Shown: positions 28,543-37,179 of the stretch, piece by piece | Layout: each line of letters starts with the position of its first letter | Position numbering within the stretch: position 1 is the stretch's first letter | Origin: Fibrobacteria bacterium | GTDB lineage: Bacteria > Fibrobacterota > Fibrobacteria > UBA11236 > JADFYW01 | Direction of reading: 5' to 3' | NCBI GenBank assembly: GCA_015232855.1 | Contig: JADFYW010000004.1 | Coordinates: 21,488-85,487, forward strand | Length of the DNA stretch: 64,000 nucleotides | Notes under the pieces: generated by a model | Told to the model about the DNA's origin: nothing | Seen by the model: the letters and a program-made list of their open reading frames with translations, nothing else | Databases searched by the model: none | Made by a program: the position numbers and the translations under genes

Positions 28543-30364
28543 ACGGCAAATGGTTAAATCCCTGCTTTGGTTATTAATTGGGTTTGGCGCAACCAGTGGT
28601 TTCTTGCGATTGGTACACGGTCTGGGAGCGACTACAGGTTTGTCAGACGCAACACCCTGGGGATTCTGGATTGGTTTTGATGTAATGGCCGGTGTGGCTC
28701 TGGCCGCAGGCGGTTTTACGATGGCCGCAGTGGTCTATGTATTTGGTCTGGAGCAGTTTCGGCCCATTGTACGGCCTGCAGTACTTACTGCGTTTTTGGG
28801 TTATGTGATAGTAGCTATAGGGCTCATGATGGACCTCGGGTTACCCTGGAATATATGGCATCCTATGGTGTTTTGGCAATACCGTTCCGTATTGTTTGAA
28901 GTGGGAACCTGTGTGACGCTTTATCTAACCGTACTTGCTCTTGAGGTCGCACCAATTGTACTTGAGCACCCGTTATTTTCGCACCCCATCTTTCATAAAG
29001 CATATAAAATATTAAAACATCTTTCGTTGCCATTGGTAATTTTAGGAATAATGCTTTCGACTCTGCATCAATCTTCTTTGGGATCATTGTTTCTTATCAT
29101 GCCTTTTAGAGTGCATGAATTATGGTATACTTCTAATATCTACATCCTCTATTTTATCTCGGCAGCAGGACTTGGGTGTGCAATGGTGATATTTGAATCA
29201 ACATTAACATCCCTTATTTATGATCATAAACCCCGGCAAGAGTTAATGCAGAAGCTGGGAAAAATAGCTTCAGTCATACTCGGTGTATATCTTGTTTTCC
29301 GTATAGGCGACCTTTTAGTAAAAGGGAAATTAGGTGTAGCATTTAATGGTACCGGTACCAGTACGCTCTTTATCGTGGAAATTCTGATTTCAACTATCAT
29401 TCCGAGTATCTTCTTTAATTGGAAAAAAATTAACGGTAATACCAAAGGATTGTTTTGGACGGCTGCTATGGTTGTATTTGGTTTTATTATGAACCGTCAG
29501 AATATTTTCCTGACCATGAGCAAAAAAGGCCCTGCTTATTTCCCCTGGGTCTCAGAATTGATGATAAGCCTTGCTCTGGTTGCCGGTGCTACCATGGTAT
29601 TTATATTCTTTGTGGAGCATTTTGATTTGTTTGGTGATGGCGCTCCGGATAACAAAAAAGAAATTGGTGAAAAATTAATAACAGGTCCTTTTTTTGGTGC
29701 AGATCGTTCTTTTGTTAAGGGTGTCGCAATCTTTACCGCTCCGGTTATTGCAGGGGTTGGTTTAGCTTTAATGTTATTACCCTCTTCAGCTATCAAAGGA
29801 TATCAATATCCCAATACTCCGGTAAAGGATGCAGTGGGATGGGATACCCTGTCCATTGATGGAAACCGTGCGCTGGAAAGTGTACTGTTTCCCCATGCTC
29901 AGCATCAGCAAATGATGGGTGTTTCTCGAGATTCATGCATGACATGTCACCATATGAGTCGACCTAAAGATGGGCCTACCTCCTGTTCAGAATGTCACCA
30001 GGATATGTATCTTGCTACCTCCATTTTTAGTCATGGGTATCACCAGACCTTAATGGGTGGAAACAAATCATGCGATTCCTGCCATGTGAACACGAAGGCA
30101 AAGGCCGAAGTCTTGTCTTGTAACACTGCCGAATGCCATAAGCTACTTCCCTCTGACACCACCTCTTACCTGGCAGATAGTTATGTGGATGCCATGCATA
30201 AAAAATGCAAGGACTGCCATGAGGAACAAGCTAAACAGGCGGACGGATTTATTGCAATGGGGGAACAGGCCAAAGCAGATTCTGTTAAAGCGCTTGGATA
30301 TTGTACTGCATGTCACCCGGGACTGCCGCCTGAGAGTAAGGTTAGGTTATCAGTGACCAGGTAA
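28535..30364 (+). CDS. NrfD/PsrC/DsrP-like quinone-interacting membrane subunit fused to a C-terminal multiheme cytochrome c domain
   Basis: About 10 TM helices in the first 400 aa; C-terminal ~200 aa with five CxxCH (CMTCHH, CSECHQ, CDSCHV, CKDCHE, CTACHP) plus one CX4CH (CNTAECH); probable start ATG at 28535 overlapping the upstream stop (ATGAATAA). Confidence 0.75.
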   Translation: MNKRQMVKSLLWLLIGFGATSGFLRLVHGLGATTGLSDATPWGFWIGFDVMAGVALAAGGFTMAAVVYVFGLEQFRPIVRPAVLTAFLGYVIVAIGLMMDLGLPWNIWHPMVFWQYRSVLFEVGTCVTLYLTVLALEVAPIVLEHPLFSHPIFHKAYKILKHLSLPLVILGIMLSTLHQSSLGSLFLIMPFRVHELWYTSNIYILYFISAAGLGCAMVIFESTLTSLIYDHKPRQELMQKLGKIASVILGVYLVFRIGDLLVKGKLGVAFNGTGTSTLFIVEILISTIIPSIFFNWKKINGNTKGLFWTAAMVVFGFIMNRQNIFLTMSKKGPAYFPWVSELMISLALVAGATMVFIFFVEHFDLFGDGAPDNKKEIGEKLITGPFFGADRSFVKGVAIFTAPVIAGVGLALMLLPSSAIKGYQYPNTPVKDAVGWDTLSIDGNRALESVLFPHAQHQQMMGVSRDSCMTCHHMSRPKDGPTSCSECHQDMYLATSIFSHGYHQTLMGGNKSCDSCHVNTKAKAEVLSCNTAECHKLLPSDTTSYLADSYVDAMHKKCKDCHEEQAKQADGFIAMGEQAKADSVKALGYCTACHPGLPPESKVRLSVTR

Positions 30365-30613
30365 TCCTCTTTCGTCACTTCGAGTAGTCATCCGAAGCTC
30401 CTGTAAGGAGTGAAGGATGGCATATCGAGAAGTTAATAAGGTAGCAAAGAGTTTTACAAACAGTGTCATAAGAATAAAAAAATGGTTCAACGATGTCATT
30501 CAACGGCTTGACTAGGGAATACACCAAAAGAAATAGCGATTTCCGTCTATTTTACTCACTTTCGTTCGTTGGATTGCCCGGTCAAGCCGGGCAATGACAA
30601 CATGAGGAACAAA

Positions 30614-31003
30614 TCAGTGACGGCAATTACCCGAGCCCTGGCAAACCTGGTTTTGCTCAATTAATGGTAATTTGCCTTCTATAAAAGCATCAACAACGAT
30701 ACCAATTTCAGCACTGGTATTATTAAAGTAGACACCTATTCCAACCTCATTAAAAGCGGAAAGCGGGCGTAATCCTATTCCTCCTACAATAATGGCTGTA
30801 ACGTTTTCCTGTGCAAGTAAATTCACAGGAACAAGACATCCACCTTGTGCATGTTCTTTGTTTCCCAATATAGAGACATTCTTAATTTCTCCATCTGCAA
30901 CGTCAACCAGAGTAAATGAATCACAATGGCCAAAATGATTTGAACGTATTCCCTCAAGACCTCCGATTCCTTTAGACGGAACAGCTATTTTTGCTTTTTG
31001 CAT
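30614..31003 (-). CDS. NifX/NifB-C-terminal-like dinitrogenase FeMo-cofactor-family small protein (non-nif context)
   Basis: 129 aa; KIAVPS...GHCDSFTLVD...AIIVGGIG pattern of the PF02579-type fold; C-terminal CQGSGNCRH. Confidence 0.65.
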   Translation of the reverse strand: MQKAKIAVPSKGIGGLEGIRSNHFGHCDSFTLVDVADGEIKNVSILGNKEHAQGGCLVPVNLLAQENVTAIIVGGIGLRPLSAFNEVGIGVYFNNTSAEIGIVVDAFIEGKLPLIEQNQVCQGSGNCRH

Positions 31004-31073
31004 TTGAGTGTAACTCCTCTTTGACTAATTAAAATTTATTGTATGTATATTAGTTGTAATATGTTTAAAAGAT

Positions 31074-31091
31074 AAGCGAAATTTGTGCCAA
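31074..31091 (-). promoter_or_regulatory. Candidate sigma-54 (-24/-12) promoter upstream of the NifX-like gene
   Basis: Minus-strand reads TTGGCACaaatttcGCtt: GG-N10-GC spacing satisfied, -24 TGGCAC perfect, -12 TCGC partial; about 60 bp upstream of the start at 31003. Confidence 0.4.
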
Positions 31092-31165
31092 TAAAAAGTT
31101 CTATTGATAAACAGTAATTGGATTCTTTTCAATATTGGCTGTTATTTGTAAATGTTAAGAACAAG

Positions 31166-31243
31166 TCATTACCCGGCTTGACCGGGTAATCCATCTAAAA
31201 TTCGACGATTTGCTGGATTGCCCGGTCAAGCCGGGCAATGACA
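31166..31243. repeat. REP-family variant copies (GTCATTACCCGGCTTGACCGGGTAAT / ATTGCCCGGTCAAGCCGGGCAATGAC)
   Basis: Two palindromic units in opposite orientation between the sigma-54 activator and the NifX-like gene; a third copy is at 30571-30598. Confidence 0.7.
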
Positions 31244-31361
31244 TATTGAGTGTATTTACCAATATATGCCAATACTGAACAGATACAAATTTAGTACATC
31301 TTATATTGATGTAAATGGTGCGTAATGAATCATGTTGCACCAATGTATTGCAATTCCGCAA

Positions 31362-32705
31362 TTATTGTAGCATTCCAAATTTTTTCATTTTACGCCAGAG
31401 CGTACTTTTATTTATCCCCAGGTATTCCGCAGTAAGTTTTTTACTGTTATTAAACTTCCTCAATGCTTTCCGGAGTGCCATTTCTTCTGCCTGGTGCAGG
31501 GGATGTTGAGGCTCTTGTGTGGCAAGGGGCTGGTCCGGTAAATTTTTAGTGAGTTCAGAAGGGAGATGACGGGGCTGAATTACAGAATTCCGGCACAGAA
31601 CGAACGCGTACTCAATGAAATTTTCAAGTTCACGCACGTTTCCGGGATAGTTATATCGCATAAGAAGATCCAGAGCGTCTTCAGAAACGTCCTCGATATC
31701 TTTACCTTTCTGAACATTAAACATTTGAATAAAATGGTCAATAAGGAGCGGAATGTCTTCGCGTCTTTTTGAAAGAGGGGGAAGGTAGAGGCGGATTACA
31801 TTGAGCCGGTAATAGAGGTCGTCTCTAAAGTCACCATTAGCGACCAGTTCTGAAAGCGGTCGGTTGGTTGCTGCAATAATCCGAACATTGGCTTTTACCG
31901 AACATTCTGAACCAAGGGGATCGTATTCTTTTTCTTGTAATACCCGAAGCAGTTTGGTTTGGAGAACCGTGGAAATATCTCCTATTTCATCCAGGAATAA
32001 TGTGCCTCCTTCAGCCAAAGCAAAGCGTCCGGGTTTATTTTTCTTAGCATCAGTAAAAGCGCCCTGTACATAGCCAAAAAGTTCAGACTCCAAAAGTGTA
32101 TCTGGTAAGGCCGTACAATTAAGGGCAATGTATTTACCTTTACGACCACTCAGGTTGTGGATTGCTTTCGCAAAGAGCTCTTTACCAGAGCCACTGGGAC
32201 CTTCAATGAGAACTGTACTGTTACTTTTTGCAAGATCGGGTAATATATCGATAATCTTATGGATCTCATGATTTTTGGAAATGATGTCTTCAAAAGAGTA
32301 TTTGTTTTTAATCTTTTTTCGTAGCAATTCAAGTTCGGAGAGATTACGGAAGGTTTCCACTCCACCTATTATTTTATTGGTTTGATTTCGAAGGGTAGAT
32401 GTGGAAATACTGATAGGGATTTTCTGACCGCTATTGTCCAGAATAGTTACTCTTCGATTAACTATGGACTCACCACTTTGCAGGGTTTGTTGAAGGGAAC
32501 ACCCCTTTTTACAAATATTAGCTCTGAAAACATCAGAACATTTTTTGGTTAACGCTTCTGTTTTAGACACCCCGGTGATTTGCTCCGCAGCTCGGTTAAA
32601 GAAGGTGATGTTGTAGTTGAGATCTATGGTAAAAACACCATCAGCAATAGAATCAAGAATGGTGTCTCTGGCTTCTTCGGGTGTGGGATTCTGAGTATCT
32701 TTCAT
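31362..32705 (-). CDS. Sigma-54-dependent transcriptional activator with Cys-containing PAS sensor (paralog 2)
   Basis: GPSGSGKE, ESELFGYVQGAFTDA, LFLDEIGD, C-terminal Fis HTH (KKLTAEYLGINKSTLWRKMKKFG); PAS with KKCSDVFRANICKKGC. Confidence 0.9.
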   Translation of the reverse strand: MKDTQNPTPEEARDTILDSIADGVFTIDLNYNITFFNRAAEQITGVSKTEALTKKCSDVFRANICKKGCSLQQTLQSGESIVNRRVTILDNSGQKIPISISTSTLRNQTNKIIGGVETFRNLSELELLRKKIKNKYSFEDIISKNHEIHKIIDILPDLAKSNSTVLIEGPSGSGKELFAKAIHNLSGRKGKYIALNCTALPDTLLESELFGYVQGAFTDAKKNKPGRFALAEGGTLFLDEIGDISTVLQTKLLRVLQEKEYDPLGSECSVKANVRIIAATNRPLSELVANGDFRDDLYYRLNVIRLYLPPLSKRREDIPLLIDHFIQMFNVQKGKDIEDVSEDALDLLMRYNYPGNVRELENFIEYAFVLCRNSVIQPRHLPSELTKNLPDQPLATQEPQHPLHQAEEMALRKALRKFNNSKKLTAEYLGINKSTLWRKMKKFGMLQ

Positions 32706-32826
32706 GTAAGAAATGTCTCAATTCGTATGGTCTATTCTATGAGTAAATTTAACAAAAAATAAAGGTTTTTGGGCTTATTTCGCGATTTATAAAGCCCTGA
32801 GTATACAAATCACAGGTGTAATAATC

Positions 32827-33330
32827 TTAATACATACAGATAGCCAAATACCCGACTATTGTCCCAAAAATTATGCCTGCTAGAATATCAGTAAGAAAAT
32901 GCATGGTTAGATAGATCCGGGAAAAACAAACCATCCCTGCAATAACCAATAAAAAAATAAAGATGTTGGGGAAGGACTGGGAAACAACCACCAAAAGCAT
33001 GGCTGATCGTAAGGCATGATGGGAGGGAAATGAATTTTTGTGCCAGGGAAAGGGTATCAAAAATTGAGGGTTTGTGCACGGTCGTTTTCTTTTTACTAAA
33101 CGTCGGAAAACCAGTATCACACAAAGACCAATAATTTCGCCTAACACAATTGTATAAACCACCCTTCGAAAGTTGGGAACAAATATCCAGGTACTCACAT
33201 AAATTATGACCATGCTGTGGCCAGCGCCCAGAGTGGAAATCATTCTAAAAAGAATACTGAGGTAGCGGCTTTGGTGGTTAATAAACCAATTGGATATGAC
33301 GGTATCTAAGTATTGCATCTTTGATATCAT
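32827..33330 (-). CDS. PAP2-family membrane phosphatase
   Basis: PAP2 motifs KRKRP, PSHH, SRIYLTMHFLTD; 4-5 TM helices. Confidence 0.7.
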   Translation of the reverse strand: MISKMQYLDTVISNWFINHQSRYLSILFRMISTLGAGHSMVIIYVSTWIFVPNFRRVVYTIVLGEIIGLCVILVFRRLVKRKRPCTNPQFLIPFPWHKNSFPSHHALRSAMLLVVVSQSFPNIFIFLLVIAGMVCFSRIYLTMHFLTDILAGIIFGTIVGYLAICMY

Positions 33331-33338
33331 AGATAATG

Positions 33339-34160
33339 TTATAACAACTTTTCGATTGCTATTCCTCTTTTTATAGCTGCCTTCATGCCTTTAATTATTT
33401 CATCCTGATATGCCGTTTTGTTGAAATAACTAAGTATACCGTCCTCTGATTTACCAAAACATATAGCCTGAAGCTTGGCTTCTTTGGATAGCGGGTTAGT
33501 ATTAATATTGTGTGATTTTAATGCATGGAGAATGTTTTTGTGGTCGTGAAAGCCGCTCTGGGGTTTAAGTTTAATACTAATAGGGGAATGGGGAATGGTT
33601 ATTACTTCACCATTAAGCATGTTGAAAGCAAGGTCACCCACTTTTTTCATTCTTTTAAAATCAACGGTATCTGCAAGTGTTCCGTTCCTATCACGGTCTA
33701 TGATACGTTGCCTGGTAAGTAACGGATCGATACTTAAATAAATAATAGCATCAAAAAATCGCAGATTTTGTGTTCTTATAAGCCGGATATTCTCGTATAC
33801 ATATCCCGGCCTGAAAATAAAACGTTCTCTCAGTTCTTTCCAGTAAAGAGTTCTCCATTTGAGACCTGTATTTTTTGCTAGACTTCGTCCCAGAGTACTT
33901 TTACCACTTCCGGGTAAACCGTCAATGGCGATAAGTTTTGGGGTGATATTATGGCTTTTCAGAATGTTTATAATTTGCCGGGCATGTTCCTCAGTTTCTG
34001 GTACTGTTCGATATTGTTTTTCTGTACTGCCTGTAGTCAACTTCCGAAATTGACTCCGTATAAGTGATTGAACAGTACGCTTTTTAAGCAAAGCTGCAGC
34101 AGTAACCCCTGCAAAAGTGAGGGTAGCTTCCGGCATAAAATTTTTGACTTTATATCCCAT
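33339..34160 (-). CDS. P-loop NTPase / putative small-molecule kinase of unknown specificity
   Basis: Walker A GLPGSGKST at residue ~82; no other family signature recognised; 8-bp gap to the PAP2 gene. Confidence 0.35.
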   Translation of the reverse strand: MGYKVKNFMPEATLTFAGVTAAALLKKRTVQSLIRSQFRKLTTGSTEKQYRTVPETEEHARQIINILKSHNITPKLIAIDGLPGSGKSTLGRSLAKNTGLKWRTLYWKELRERFIFRPGYVYENIRLIRTQNLRFFDAIIYLSIDPLLTRQRIIDRDRNGTLADTVDFKRMKKVGDLAFNMLNGEVITIPHSPISIKLKPQSGFHDHKNILHALKSHNINTNPLSKEAKLQAICFGKSEDGILSYFNKTAYQDEIIKGMKAAIKRGIAIEKLL

Positions 34161-34186
34161 TGAGTACCTTCTAAGCGAAAAAAACG

Positions 34187-34300
34187 AGTAATCAGTAATC
34201 AGTTGTCAGTCGTCAGTTTTTAATGAGAACTCCGCATTAATTATGATTTTCGAAGAACTTAATAATTCTGCTGAGGAACCTAATTCTGGTAACTGGGAAC
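34187..34300. repeat. Heptanucleotide (CAGTNNT)n MITE-like element
   Basis: CAGTAAT CAGTAAT CAGTTGT CAGTCGT CAGTT at 34193-34218 and inverted AACTGGGAACTGATAACT at 34281-34300. Confidence 0.5.
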
Positions 34301-34658
34301 TGATAACTATTCTCTTCTATTAATAAAATACGTAACCATATTTAAAACGCAAAATCTATGCCAATTAGGGTGATGGCCGAAAAGTTGGAACGGTAAAAGT
34401 TGGAACGCTTTTTGCAACATATATAGTAGAGCCTGAAACAGATTAAAAATGTTGCAAATATGCAATTGTATGTTGCAAAAGAGAGGTGGAAATAGGATAT
34501 GATGCACGTTAAGAAATTTTTTTATTTATCTGCAATTTTTGTTATAGTGGGCGTAGTCTTTCTTCAAGTCTTCTTTATTTTGCCTGGGGTTAGTTGGAAC
34601 GTCCGCACCACAGGTGTAGTGGCAATTTCAATTTTAATGTATTTGTCCTGCGCTCTGT

Positions 34659-36008
34659 TTGTCACATTATGGTATAAATACGTGGAATAAATTGTCTATT
34701 AAAGACATTATCCTCGATTCCATTGCTGAGGGGGTATTTACCGTTGATCGTGATTTTACCATTAATTATTTCAATCGACGGGCCGAGTTTATTACCGGCA
34801 TATCCAGAGAAAAGGCCATTGGTTGTAAATGTTATGATGTATTCCGTGTAAATATTTGTAATACTAATTGTGCCCTAAAAAATGCTATTAAAGATGATGC
34901 AAAATATGCTGTTAACAATGTGGATATCATAAACAGCAAGGGCAAGAAAGTACCTATCAGCATAAATGCTTCTGTACTTAAAGATGATAATGGAAACATT
35001 TTAGGTGGTGTAGAGACTTTTCTTGACCAAAGTGAAGTGAGTACCCTGAGAAAAACAATTAAGGCTGGATATAGTAGCGAAGATATCATTTCACAGAACA
35101 AGCAAATCCATGATATGCTTGATATTCTTCCTGATATCGCTGAAAGCACGAGCACTGTTTTAATAGAAGGTGATAGTGGAACGGGTAAAGAGCTGATAGC
35201 CAGAGCTATACATAATTTAAGTGGGAGAAAAGGTCGCTTTGTAGCTGTTAATTGTGCTTCCCTCCCTGAGTCACTTATAGAATCAGAACTTTTTGGGTAT
35301 GAAAAAGGTGCTTTTACTGATGCCAAGAAAAATAAACCTGGCAGGTTTGCATTGGCAAAAGGAGGAACACTTTTTCTTGATGAAATAGGAGAACTGCCTG
35401 GTACCGTTCAATCGAAATTATTGCGGGTGTTACAAGAAAAAGTATATGAACCGTTGGGAGGTGAAATACCAATACCAACTGATGCCCGCATCGTGTCTGC
35501 TACCAATAGAAATTTAAAACAGCGGGTAGAAGAAAAGGCTTTTAGACAGGACTTGTTTTATCGGCTTAATGTCATAAAGCTGTTATTACCGCCATTAAAT
35601 CAGAGAAAAGAAGATATACCTCTGTTAATAGAACATTTCATTAACAAAATGAATGCGATTACTGGCAAAAATATACAAAGTGTCTCAGAAGATGCTCTTG
35701 AACTATTGACTAACTATGATTACCCGGGTAATATTAGAGAATTGGAAAATGTGATTGAATATGCTTTTGTAATGTGTAAAGAGCGGGTCATAGAACCAAA
35801 ATACCTTTCAAAAGACATCATCACAAACCAAAAGACAGTAAACCACAATACTTTCTCAGAACAATACCCACGTTTTGGATTAATTGAAAAAGACCAGATT
35901 GTTGATGCACTCCACAGGTCATACGGAAAAAAATCAAAAGCCGCAGAACTGCTGGGCGTTAATCGGAGTACCTTGTGGAGACAGATGAAAAAACATCATA
36001 TGGTGTGA
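34659..36008 (+). CDS. Sigma-54-dependent transcriptional activator with Cys-containing PAS sensor (paralog 3)
   Basis: GDSGTGKE, ESELFGYEKGAFTDA, LFLDEIGE, Fis HTH (SKAAELLGVNRSTLWRQMKKH); PAS with GCKCYDVFRVNICNTNC. Confidence 0.9.
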   Translation: MSHYGINTWNKLSIKDIILDSIAEGVFTVDRDFTINYFNRRAEFITGISREKAIGCKCYDVFRVNICNTNCALKNAIKDDAKYAVNNVDIINSKGKKVPISINASVLKDDNGNILGGVETFLDQSEVSTLRKTIKAGYSSEDIISQNKQIHDMLDILPDIAESTSTVLIEGDSGTGKELIARAIHNLSGRKGRFVAVNCASLPESLIESELFGYEKGAFTDAKKNKPGRFALAKGGTLFLDEIGELPGTVQSKLLRVLQEKVYEPLGGEIPIPTDARIVSATNRNLKQRVEEKAFRQDLFYRLNVIKLLLPPLNQRKEDIPLLIEHFINKMNAITGKNIQSVSEDALELLTNYDYPGNIRELENVIEYAFVMCKERVIEPKYLSKDIITNQKTVNHNTFSEQYPRFGLIEKDQIVDALHRSYGKKSKAAELLGVNRSTLWRQMKKHHMV

Positions 36009-36094
36009 AACGGTTGCGCATCATTTGCATCACTTGCAACAAGCAGGGCAGGGGGATGTAAACCCAATTGCATTAATTTTCAACATTTCATACC

Positions 36095-36110
36095 TGGCAC
36101 ATAATTTGCA
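36095..36110 (+). promoter_or_regulatory. Consensus sigma-54 promoter (TGGCAC-N5-TTGCA) for the downstream NifX-like gene
   Basis: Exact TGGCACataatTTGCA at 36095-36110; the NifX-like ATG is at 36124, so a very short or absent leader. Confidence 0.6.
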
Positions 36111-36123
36111 ATAACTATGAGGT

Positions 36124-36582
36124 ATGGAGCACGATATAAAAATAGCAATTCCATTAACAGGTGAGCGTGTTGCTCATCGACTTGATTGCGCAGAGTCCAT
36201 TTTATGGATTACTTTTCGGGATGGACTTATTGTATATAAGAAAAAAAGCAAATATCCTTTTGAACAATGCAGGTTTTCTATCCAGCATTTTCTTGATTAT
36301 GGTGTGAGGGCACTCATTTGTGGAGCGTTAGAAAAACATATGGTCTATAAACTATCTGTCCATGGGATTACTGTATTCCAGTGGGTTACTGCAGATGCTG
36401 ATGATGCTGTTGTGGCTTTCCAGAAAGGGGAACTCTCACCATTTATGATAATTGAACCTGGAGGTCGAAAACGGGGAAGCTGGAGCGGAAAGAATAATCG
36501 GGACTATGATGTTCAAGATACAACAGCAATATACCGCAGTCAAGGTAGGGGACGAAGAAAAGGACGGCGAGGTAATGAGTAA
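36124..36582 (+). CDS. NifX/NifB-C-terminal-like FeMo-cofactor-family small protein with Arg/Gly-rich tail
   Basis: MEHDIKIAIPLTGERVAHRLDCAES...ALICGALE pattern; 152 aa. Confidence 0.6.
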   Translation: MEHDIKIAIPLTGERVAHRLDCAESILWITFRDGLIVYKKKSKYPFEQCRFSIQHFLDYGVRALICGALEKHMVYKLSVHGITVFQWVTADADDAVVAFQKGELSPFMIIEPGGRKRGSWSGKNNRDYDVQDTTAIYRSQGRGRRKGRRGNE

Positions 36583-36727
36583 AGTTTTCTAAAATATTTC
36601 TTTGGAGTACTGGTTGAAAAAATTAAATCATTCACTCCTTCATACCAGTATTCCAAAGATTTCAAAACAGATTTTCTCAGGTACAAGGAAAAAACACCAA
36701 GTTAACAATAACATCAGGAGGTAAATT

Positions 36728-37063
36728 ATGCCGAGAAATAATAAAACAGGCCCCCGGGGCCAGGGACCCGGTACGGGCAGGGGAATGGGAGCCTGCGAGG
36801 AAGGCGTTGGTTCAACTGCTACTATGACCGGAATACCAGGACATAACGCTGGATATGGTCGTGATGGTGGAAGACGCCGTGGCCGATGTGCGGGAAATGG
36901 ATACACTGGGAACGGTTATTCCTTCGATACCCCAAAAATGGAAAATAATCTGGAACAGTTAGAGTCAGAAATGAAGAGTCTTGAAGAAAGAATAAAGGAT
37001 ATACATAGTCACATAAATAAGCTGAAAGAAGACTCGTCAGAAGCAGATAACAATACTGACTGA
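36728..37063 (+). CDS. Gly/Arg-rich protein with C-terminal coiled coil (DUF5320-like)
   Basis: Low-complexity GPRGQGPGTGRGMG N-half and an LEQLESEMKSLEERIKDIHSHINKLKE heptad C-half; often found next to NifX-like genes. Confidence 0.4.
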   Translation: MPRNNKTGPRGQGPGTGRGMGACEEGVGSTATMTGIPGHNAGYGRDGGRRRGRCAGNGYTGNGYSFDTPKMENNLEQLESEMKSLEERIKDIHSHINKLKEDSSEADNNTD

Positions 37064-37179
37064 CCTGACAAGCCGGTAATTTGAGAATGCATCGTCCGAT
37101 TGTATTGGGCGATGCTATTGAGAAAAAAATACTCATTCACACATTGAGTACACTGCGGCCACTAGAATTTAATTGTTGA

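Noticed and set aside
30614-36582. Nitrogen-fixation (nif) cluster
   Set aside because: Only NifX/NifB-C-terminal-like small domains are present. No nifHDK/ENB or radical-SAM NifB core. These are generic FeMo-co-family (PF02579-type) carriers.
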